A stretch of 56,315 nt of DNA from positions 29,985,807 through 30,042,121 of the forward strand of contig NC_068994.1 of assembly GCF_001194135.2 (NCBI RefSeq). Direction: 5' to 3'. Positions 47,015 to 56,315 of this stretch are shown here, in pieces (positions within the stretch are counted from its first letter, which is position 1; each line of letters starts with the position of its first letter). The position numbers and the translations under genes were made by a program. The stretch is from Octopus bimaculoides (taxonomy: Eukaryota). Below the pieces are notes generated by a model that was not told where the DNA came from, searched no databases, and saw nothing but the letters and a program-made list of their open reading frames with translations.

Positions 47015-47206
47015 CTTTGTGTTTGTCCCTATCACAAATTAACAATTGGTGTTGTTTTGTTTATGTCCTTGCAACTTCACGGTTTAGCAAAAGACTGATA
47101 AATATCAGACTTAAAAATATGTAGTGGGCGCAATTAGTTTGACTAAACCTTTCAAGGTGGTGCCCCATCATGGCCACAGTTCAATAACTGAAACAAGTAA
47201 AAGAAG
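47015..47206 (+). mobile_element. SINE family A, 3' half only
   Basis: tgtttgtccc...aaggtggtgccccatcatggccacagttcaataactgaaacaagtaaaag. Confidence 0.75.
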
Positions 47207-47734
47207 TAACGTATGAATGTGTATATGTAAGAACATACACACACACACACACCTATCTGTAGATAGAATAAGAAAGAAAGAGAGGAGAGACACAGGCAGC
47301 AATAGAGAAGCAAGTTATATTAGTCAGCAATTGTTAGACTTTTTGAGAAAATCTAAAATATAGAAGTTTAGTTGTATGTCTGTATCCTACAATGTATATT
47401 ATCCTCAGACTTGCACATTATTTGAAATACAAAAAGGTCACAAATTTCCAGAACTTTCACATATATTGCTCAGATGAAACTTGGCTGAGTGACTCAAGTT
47501 TATGTTCAGGAATCTTCCATCTATTAGACAAGACAAACATGTAAGCACTGAGGTGTGACTGGCTGCACACCTTTATTTATGATACTGAGAATAATGGATT
47601 TTGATTCAAATAAGAATACAATTATTTTGTTTCACATTGTTACAGTAGTTTGTTTCAATATAAAAGTAATGTAATTCAATTTAAAAGATCTCTGATATCA
47701 CCGTTAAAAACCAGTGTTCAATTCTTGTTTCATC

Positions 47735-47936
47735 TTAACTCTTTAGCATTCAGATTGCTTATTCACATTGTTCTGAATGAATCATGCATTACCTGTAGCC
47801 TTGAGATTCCATTGATGAGATTGCTTATTTTTAGATTGACTTTCTAGGATAAGTGCAAGAGGCCAGATCTGGCAGGTTTGAACATAAAACAGGTAGAATA
47901 TTTGAGCCAGATATGGCCTCTTTAAATGCTAAAGGG
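47735..47936 (-). mobile_element. TTAA-flanked MITE family 1
   Basis: Reverse complement of the 4136 and 8038 copies. Confidence 0.75.
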
Positions 47937-48698
47937 AGAAACATATGAATTAAAATCTTCCTCACTACATGGAGAGGAAGCCACTCTGTCAGGTGTTAAC
48001 ATCATCAGATGATCTAGTTCCTATTCCCAATGTTTCAATGATGTGAAGTGTCATCATGTAGTCATCATCATTTAACATCCATGTTTCATGCTGGCATGGG
48101 TTGGACAGCTTGACAATGAAGAATTACTTGTTATGTCCAAATATGCAATGAAACATCAATGAAAGACAAAACTGAAGATATAGGAGTAGATAAAAACAAT
48201 CATAGTGACTGCCTGCAAGCGAGTATGACTTAGTAATGTATACCATGCTTTCACTCATTATTTTAAGTGTCTACATAGTTGCAAGTAGATAGACACTCTA
48301 CTGACCTTCTCACCTTTATCTCATACTTTTGTTGATCCAAACACCTGATTAATAATTAAAGAAAGTAGTTATTTTACTAAGACTGTCCAAATTGATTATA
48401 TGTATTTCATTGGGAACATGACTATAAAAGAATTTGGCATCAAATTTAATTTCAGCTTACATTTCCCACAGCTACTCTAACAACAGTGTAATAATACTTC
48501 TGTAACCTCTCAAAGGAAACATGACTCCTCCTTCACCATTCATTTATGGTTTGAGAATAATTCTATAATTGTTGTAAATTGGAATGGAACTTACTCTCTT
48601 TCTGAGCACATCCATTCTCCATTTAATGCTACTTTGTTTGCATCTTTTAGAGAGGTAGATAGATATAATAAACTCAAAGAACAACTAGAAAGTGAAAG

Positions 48699-49075
48699 TA
48701 GAATCTAACTTAGGATGTCTCATAGATAGTGGTGGCAATGGTGTTGGAGGTGGTAGGTGTGGTTATTATGGCAGTGATGGTGGTGGTGGTGTAGTGGTGA
48801 CAGTGGATGTGTATAATGGCTGCAATGATAGTGTTGGTGGTGGTGGTGGCAGTGGATGATGATGATGATGATGATGGTAGTAGTAGCATTGACTATGTTA
48901 GGATGTCTCATGGATGGTAGTGATGGAGACATTGGAGAGTGTAGTGGTAAAATTTGTGCTTTTGAAGATGATGCTGGTATTGGTCTTGGGATTGTGGTTG
49001 CAGAAGATGGTTGTGGTGGTGGCATTGGAGGTTGTAGAAATGGTTGTAGTCTTAGCATTGTGGTGGTGGCAAAGT
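48699..49075. repeat. (GGT/GAT)-rich low-complexity tract with an internal direct repeat
   Basis: ttaggatgtctcat(a/g)gat occurs twice, near 48712 and 48898. Confidence 0.75.
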
Positions 49076-49412
49076 CACAATAAATAATAAGAGCTTAGTT
49101 AACACAAGATTCTTAAATTTCAGAGATCATAAGATAGAGAGCAAGAAGTTAAAAGTTCCAATACTGGCCCAATTCCTACACCCCAGATTCTTCAACTATT
49201 TTAGAAGAAAGGTGTTAATGACAGGATAGGGATTCAACTTAAAAATAAGTTGTATAACAAAACATACATAAATAAATTACTGCTCCAATGATGTAATTTT
49301 AGTATGTGTGTATATGTTTGCATGTGCAATTATATAAATATATATANNNNNNNNNNNNNNNNNNNNNNNNNNNNNNNNNNNNNNNNNNNNNNNNNNNNNN
49401 NNNNNNNNNNNN

Positions 49413-49471
<59 letters not shown>

Positions 49472-50049
49472 ATGTATGTATGTATGTATGTATGAATCAA
49501 AACAGTTTGATTCAAATTCTGTGGTACTTTAAGTTTCAAAACATGTTAATCTTCAGCCATATATATATAAATATACATATATATATCAATATATATATAT
49601 ATATATACACACATACGTATACATTCATACATACATATACATGTAGATGTATATAACATATATATATATATATTGTATGCAAACATATTTTATATATATA
49701 TAATGTATGCATCTATAATACACACACATTATAAATATATACACATATATCATATGCATTAGAATATGTGTATAGGTATATACGTGTGTGTGTGTGTGCA
49801 TATGTTTGCATACATGTATGTGTGTGTGTGTGTGTAAAAATAAATATATGCATATATCAATATATGTGTTTGTGTGTATGTGTAAATAGGCAAGTAAGAC
49901 TACCATGACTTTGACATTTGTGCTAAGTCGATCATCCTTAAAACAGATATGATTGAAGTGAAAGTTTCTCCCTCCAGGCCTGACCATGTGAAGAATGCTC
50001 TACAATCATGAAACTTAGAGTCAAGTAAAAGTAGTGTTATGATGTATCT

Positions 50050-50205
50050 ACTACATTATAATAAATTAGAATTATGGGAGGCGTTTCAATTTGAGTTTTT
50101 CCTTGCAAAAGATGAATGGTGCTGCTGCTGCTGTTGGTGGTGGTAGTGTTGGTTGTGGTGATGAGCAAGATTAGGTGATGATGATGATGAGATTGTTGCC
50201 ATGAC
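50050..50205 (-). pseudogene. Degenerate duplicate of the ZNF-B His/Gln-rich coding segment
   Basis: Aligns to 51000-51230; one frameshift and a TCA>TGA stop relative to ZNF-B. Confidence 0.85.
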
Positions 50206-50555
50206 AATGACAATACACAATGTATTGAGTGCTCATATTCATTTTTTTTTTGTAGAAACATTTACACTATCATCATTGTTTTATATCTGCTTTCCAGACT
50301 GGTTTGGATCAAATAGGTTGTTGCTGCTTTTGTAGATGAATTGAGAGATCACATCTCACTCCCAAGTTACATATTTTAATACATATTATGTCAAATTTTT
50401 GCAAATGTTGTAGATGTTTGAGAGTCTCCCTTGCTGTTAAAGTCAAAATGACCCGATTTGATCGTCTATTATTTTTTTTTTTAATGAACATTTTAAATAG
50501 CGTCACCTTGTATAAATTAATCTTTTCAAACTCACCATTAAATTCCTGAATTAAT

Positions 50556-52550
50556 TTAGATGACACCAGCTTGCTGGCTGTTTTGTGACCGATTGTTTTG
50601 CTGTTTGCTCTGCCTCACCCCGCATGACAGATTTGACGAGGAGTTTGCCCAGCTCGAGCTCCACCTTGGCGGGACTTGGAAGCCGCGAGACCAACCATAA
50701 TTGGATTCCCACGATTCCCAGGTCGAAGACATCCAGGACGAAGACAATGCAAGGGGCTGCAAACGAAGTGCAGCTGAGCGGGAGTGAGCATGAGATGATG
50801 GGCTTGGTGCTGGTGGCGGCGGTGTGGCTGGAACGGATGACATAGAGTTGTGTGAAGTTAATGATGCATTCATAGTTGGTGTGGAGGAGATGCTTGAGGA
50901 GAAAACTGGTACAGTTACTGTAGCAGCCCCAGCAGCAGCAGTGGCAACAGAAGAAGTAGAACTGGACACTACATTAGCTGCAGTTGACAATGTTGTACTT
51001 ACACTTGTTGAGGAATTAGAATTATGAGAGGTGTTTGAATTCGGGTTTTCCCTAGCGGAAGATGAATGGTGCTGCTGCTGCTGTTGTGGTTGCTGCTGCT
51101 GCTGCTGCTGTTGCTGCTGTTGTTGATGCTGTTGGTGATGGTGGTGGTGTTGGTTGTGGTGATGACCATGATTACGGTGATGGTGGTGGTGGTGGTGATG
51201 GTGATGCGACTGTTGCCGTGACATGCTTGTTGTAGATGTGTCCTTTGACAGCTGCTCAGGTGGCATTGCTCGACTGACTTCTTCACGAGTGTGAGAGCGC
51301 ATGTGTTTTTGCATGTTTACCCGTTGAGTAAACCCTTTACTGCACACAGCACAGCTGAATGGTTTGTCAGCTGTGTGTGTATACTCATGCTTTTTCAGGT
51401 TTGCTCTCTGGCTGAATCCACGCTGACATGTGCCACATTTGAATGGTTTCTCTCCAGAATGAACGAGAAGGTGAATGGTTAAGTTGGCTCGCTGAGTGAA
51501 ACCCTTTTTGCACACCTCACAGTAAAACAATTTACATTTTGTGTGTGTGCATGCATGATTGATTAAATGCACTCTCTGCGTGAATTCTTTACTACAGATA
51601 TCACATTGGAATCTTTTCAAACCCATGTGCATACATTCATGCTTTTTCAAGTTTGCACTCTGTGCAAAAGCTTTGTCACATATGGAACACTTGAATGGTT
51701 TTTCTCCACAGTGAATTCTTTCATGGTTCTGGAGATGAATCTTTTGACTAAACGTTTTGGAGCACACAAAGCAAGAATATGGCTTCTGACCACTATGGAC
51801 ACACTCATGATTAGTTAAATGCACACGCTGGCTGAATGCTTTCGAACAAATGCTGCACTGGTAAGGTTTCACTCCACTGTGAATGCGTTCATGGATGATA
51901 AGATGGGCTTGCTGGCTGAATGCTTTGCAACAAACAACACAGACATATGGTTTTATTCCACTGTGAATCCGTTCATGACAGATGAGGTGTGCCCTCTGGC
52001 TGAATGCCTTTCGACAAACGTAACAAGCATAAGGTTTTATGCCTGTATGAATACGTTCATGGTTTTGCAAATGTGCTCTTTGATTAAATGACTTTGAACA
52101 TATTGCACAAGAGAATGGACGTTCACCAGTGTGAACACGTTCATGGCTCAGCAGGTGAGCTCGTTGGCTGAATACTTTGCCACAGAAACCACAAGCCAAG
52201 TTTTTGAAACTCTCTGTGGCATGGTCCCGTTCATGGTTTCTTAAGTTTGCTCGTCGTGAGAAAGCTTTACGACAGATTTCACACTTAAAGGCTTTGGTAC
52301 TTTCTCCAAATCGATGCAGAAATGATTTTCGGTGGTGCGATATCCCATAATATGAACTCGAGGTACCAGATGTACTAGCTGTACCAGATGTACTAGGTGT
52401 GTCAGAAGTACTAACTGTGCCAGAAGTACTAGAGGTTGTGCCAGATGATGTAGTTTTCCAGTTGTCTTCCGGTAAAATTGTCCGACTATAATTGTCAGTT
52501 GAGGACATTTGTTTACCAACAGAATATGAAGATGTTGGTTCCTGGTACAT
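50556..52550 (-). CDS. C2H2 zinc-finger protein ZNF-B, 664 aa: N-terminal STSGT repeats, 12 fingers, poly-H/poly-Q, conserved C-terminal Trp-rich motif
   Basis: Uninterrupted ORF with 12 CxxC-x12-HxxxH units; paralogous C-terminus with ZNF-A; candidate acceptor at 52675-52674. Confidence 0.96.
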   Translation of the reverse strand: MYQEPTSSYSVGKQMSSTDNYSRTILPEDNWKTTSSGTTSSTSGTVSTSDTPSTSGTASTSGTSSSYYGISHHRKSFLHRFGESTKAFKCEICRKAFSRRANLRNHERDHATESFKNLACGFCGKVFSQRAHLLSHERVHTGERPFSCAICSKSFNQRAHLQNHERIHTGIKPYACYVCRKAFSQRAHLICHERIHSGIKPYVCVVCCKAFSQQAHLIIHERIHSGVKPYQCSICSKAFSQRVHLTNHECVHSGQKPYSCFVCSKTFSQKIHLQNHERIHCGEKPFKCSICDKAFAQSANLKKHECMHMGLKRFQCDICSKEFTQRVHLINHACTHTKCKLFYCEVCKKGFTQRANLTIHLLVHSGEKPFKCGTCQRGFSQRANLKKHEYTHTADKPFSCAVCSKGFTQRVNMQKHMRSHTREEVSRAMPPEQLSKDTSTTSMSRQQSHHHHHHHHHHRNHGHHHNQHHHHHQQHQQQQQQQQQQQQPQQQQQHHSSSARENPNSNTSHNSNSSTSVSTTLSTAANVVSSSTSSVATAAAGAATVTVPVFSSSISSTPTMNASLTSHNSMSSVPATPPPPAPSPSSHAHSRSAALRLQPLALSSSWMSSTWESWESNYGWSRGFQVPPRWSSSWANSSSNLSCGVRQSKQQNNRSQNSQQAGVI

Positions 52551-53852
52551 GATAATTAGTATATGTTTTCTATTCTAATGACGGAGCTTCCAAACATGAA
52601 ATTTGGCCAAGTGGTTGGGTGTTAGCTTGTGACAAGTTTGTTGTCTTAGACGTCCAAACTGATACAATAATGTCTGTTTTTATCCACCAATAAAAATTAA
52701 ATTACATAACAAAAGCTTGGCATTTTGTGAAAATCTTTTTTTGTCATCTAAACAGTGACATTACTTTTTGACAGTCATGTCTTCAAATGTTCTAGTGAGA
52801 AGTTATGATTGTGTGAAATGTTTCTGTGAAAAAAATATTCCTTTACTGCTCTGTCAAATTTCCATGGAGAAGATGTATTACATTTGTCATCTTCTGTGAT
52901 TGGATGTAATTAGTTATTCGTATAGTTAATCATTAGAAAGATAAAAAGGATGTAAGATCCATTTAACAGGAAATTTATCAGGCCAAGTTGCAAAATTTAG
53001 GCTCCACAGAATTAAAAAAGAATATGAAGCTTTGCTATGTAGGTTTGTGATCAAAGTGAAGAATAGTAAGCAAGCAACTGAAATGCTATTGTTAAATAGC
53101 CTGGTATGTGGAGTTATAGATTTTTGTGAAAGTATTAATGGAGACATTCAGTACCTTAATAACTTGGATTTTGCAAAGAGCAACTTTTGTTATTTTCATC
53201 CTTGTAAATTTAGGCAAAAGAGATCATTTAAAGACTTTAGTTATAAAATTCTTTAAAAGGGTACCAAAATGTTTCAATGAATTTTTTTTTTCTCTTTCAG
53301 GTATAGAGTGTAACAAGGTAATGTGTAGGAAACAGAAGTATAAAAGTGGTACACTGAAGCTTCCATCATATGTATATATAATAATCCACCTAACATCAAA
53401 GTAGCAGTGATAATTCTTTTTCAAGAGTTTTAGAGTTTTCTGAAAGAAAAAGAAAGCATTTATAAAAATAAATGTAGTGAAAGATATAATTCTTCTTCTT
53501 TTTTTTTTTTCAAAAACAAAGATTGTTTTTCAAACAAAATTATAATTACATATCATTTCAAGAAAATGTAACTCATTAACATTAATAATAGATATTCATT
53601 TCACCAATCAGTTTCATTATTGAACATGTACAATATATGTCATTTCAGACCAAAGACAGATTAAATATATCAAATTTCAAAATTAGTCTAAAGATCTATG
53701 AAATTAAGTTAACATAAAAATGAAATAGATGTTGATTTATATTAAAAAAACAGCTTCACTGAGTGGTTACGAAGTTTCCAATTGGGAGAAAAATTAAGCA
53801 AATAATAATTATGCAGAAGTCCAACATGTGCGTGTGTGCTGCATGTGTTCGC

Positions 53853-53890
<38 letters not shown>

Positions 53891-54199
53891 ATGCATGTGT
53901 GCCTATGTTATGTCACTTTATGCCCTGTAACTCAGTAGTTTGACAATTGATAAAATTGACAGAAAAAAAGCTTTGGGATCAATATGATTGACTAAAGCCT
54001 TGAAGATGAGAAAGAGCAGTGCCCAAAACACTTTGTAGGTGGTGGGAAGAAGATATCCCCTGACCAGAGATCTGGCCTGAATGTTTACAACAGAGTGGAC
54101 TCCACTGTGGAGTCTACTCCCAAGGTAGAGGGGAAGGAAGTTAAACTGGGCAAAAGATTAAGCTTGCCACCCAAGAACAGGAATGGTTTCTCTTCCAAG

Positions 54200-54350
54200 C
54201 TTACACAGAGTTTCCATCTATCTAATTCCACTTACAAGGTACTGGTCGATCTAATGATATTGTAGAAGACACTTGCCCAAGATGCTATGCAATGGGATTG
54301 GACCTAAAACCATACAGTTTTAAAGAAAATTTCTCATGCACAGCGTCATA
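54200..54350 (-). mobile_element. SINE family A head, degenerate
   Basis: tccacttacaagg..ggtcgat...gtagaagacacttgcccaagatgc..gcaatgggattg. Confidence 0.7.
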
Positions 54351-55591
54351 TCTGTGATCATTACAGGAGAAAAATCATTTGAAGTACAACAGTCATAAAA
54401 CATACACAACTAATTAGAAATGAAGATACTCTAGAATACTGCTGCTTCTTACTAAATGTCATCTGTTTCCATAACAAGTAAACCACAATGAAAGAGGTCC
54501 TGTATATTCAATGCTGGTCAGTTTTCTTTCATATTAGTACCTATCAATGGAAAAGTTAACAGCTTCACTAAATTTAACAATATATCTGGCTGGATTCTTA
54601 TTTGGGAAATGTATATCTAATGCAAAATTTGCTCCAAAATAGTATGGTTCTATAGTCTTATTTTTGTAATTTTAAAGAGTGGTCACTAGTATATTTGGTC
54701 CTTCCAAAGCATATCTGATCAGAATTAACCCTCTTTTAATGTGAAATGCTATCAGTTGAGAAAGTCTGCTCTGTTGCAATTAGCTGTTTGTTAAAGGAAA
54801 TGACAGCAGGTATCACATTCGAAAAATTAAAGTTTATAAGTTTCTATGTCACCTCATGGGTGAATTGCTTTCCTTGTGCAACTCTAATGTAGGTAGATGA
54901 GAAATGAAGAGTACAAGGAAGAAACTAGATTCTTTCCACTCCAAACAGCCTTCTTCTTGACATTCAATGACCAAACAAAATCTAATGCATACAACCTTAC
55001 AAAAAATGTGATTGCAAACAATCAAGCTTCAAGAACGTGGAGGTCTGTCTTCACAATGGAGTTCAAAGTCCTTGTGAACATCACAAGAAATATTTTCAAG
55101 ATATCAAAGTTCTAAAAATTGCAGGCTACTCAATCCAAACAGGGGTCTCCTACATGCTTGCTTGACTAATAAGGAATAACAGCCAATTTTTATCAAATTA
55201 TGCCTTACTAGAGAACAACTAATGAACAATACCATTAATATCACTGCCTATGAATATTTGGGTGGTAGATTGACAGAATTTTTATAGTGTCAGACAAAAT
55301 GCCTTGCTGTGTTTATTTTCAGCCATTTACATTCTGAGTTAAAATAATGTAGAGGTCAACTTTGCCTATTGTCACTCTGGGGTTGTTGGAATAAAGAACC
55401 AATCAAGTACTTGAGTTAAATTGAGTGATTCTGATGTCTCCTAGACTTCTTCAAGCAAGCGACCATAGGGAATCTACAAATCTTAATGCTGTTTACTTTT
55501 AATGCTGATGAGAGTGTAGACTGCAACAGCAATCTGGTGCACAGTATTTTTATCAAGAACAGAGACCCCAAATATTATTAGGTCTGGGAGA

Positions 55592-55808
55592 AAGGCGGCA
55601 ATCTGGCAGAATTGTTAACATGCTGGACAAAATGCTTAGCAGCATTTTTCTGACTCTTTATGTTTAAGTTCAAATACTGCCAAGCTTGACTTGGCCTTCC
55701 ATTCTTTCAGGATCAATAAAACAAGTTTTAGTTGAGCACTAGGGGTAATGTAATCATCTTCCCCCTGCACTCAAAATCACTGGCCTTAAGCCAAAGAATA
55801 GAAAGAAT
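55592..55808 (+). mobile_element. SINE family B, full-length, old
   Basis: aaggcggcaatctggcagaattgttaacatgctggacaaaatgcttagc head; gccttccattctttcaggatcaataaaa central domain. Confidence 0.75.
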
Positions 55809-56266
55809 TGTTAGTTTTGAAAGATACAATAATAGGACAATACCACACCAATCTTATAATTAATAGGATATAAGGTATGGCAATTCAGAATTGGAGACAG
55901 GGTCTGAAAATGCTTGGATTCCACTCAAGACTCCCACGAAAAAGTACAGTTCAATCAAAGGGCTTCGGCCAAGTTTTCGGCCACCCAACTTCTCTCATAC
56001 GGTTTAGGTCCACCCAAGTTTATATGGTAGAAGATAGTTGGTATTAAACCCAGAATCAGTTGATTAGGATTTTCCTGACCGACCATGCAACCATAAATAG
56101 CCCCCACCCCACCACCAGTGAGTCAAAGTTGCTAACACCGGTTTCGAAAGCATAATCCACTTCACTTCACCCATATCATCAGAAAAGTAAAACCGATCGC
56201 ATGTTAGGTTCCTTGTAAATATAGGGATATGTTAGTTATGCGAATACACACACATATATATATATA

Positions 56267-56315
<49 letters not shown>

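Noticed and set aside
50585-52519. Antisense and alternative-frame ORFs overlapping ZNF-B (and 11096-12039 over ZNF-A)
   Set aside because: Shadows of repetitive codon usage and trinucleotide tracts; no independent domain or splice evidence.
54095-54121. Small hairpin gagtggactcca-ctg-tggagtctactc
   Set aside because: 12-bp arms with one mismatch; too short for a miRNA or MITE call and found only once.
56135-56185. CUGAUGA...CGAAACCGGU on the minus strand resembling a PLE hammerhead
   Set aside because: Helices I and II do not pair and position 17 is G.

Overview
AT-rich, microsatellite-dense animal genomic scaffold with six N-gaps. The repeat content and gene type point to an octopus/coleoid cephalopod; this is inference and no database was searched. 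Only two real protein-coding genes are visible. Both are paralogous C2H2 zinc-finger genes on the minus strand with a single coding exon, about 37 kb apart: ZNF-A (11222-13213; 10 fingers plus 1 degenerate) and ZNF-B (50556-52550; 12 fingers). Almost every finger carries Gln at helix position -1, and the two proteins share an unannotated C-terminal motif (QPxA...WxSxYGWSRGF...PRW). A CpG-retaining zone (about 19.5-27.7 kb) holds the probable promoter and 5'UTR exon of ZNF-A. The rest is decayed mobile DNA: at least four SINE-like families, RTE LINE pieces, two mariner and two DD37D (maT) lineages, a hAT MITE, TTAA-flanked MITEs, an RLE-type (HERO/NeSL-like) non-LTR 3' end, a Penelope-like GIY-YIG fragment and an old ~85-90 bp tandem array. 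The most notable signals absent from the ORF track are type I hammerhead-ribozyme folds. One pair sits back-to-back in a 173-bp near-perfect palindrome 1.4 kb downstream of ZNF-A, and another lies in the 3' region of the Penelope-like element. All other ORFs in the supplied track are treated as spurious or as transposon remnants. Repeat boundaries are read by eye and are approximate.
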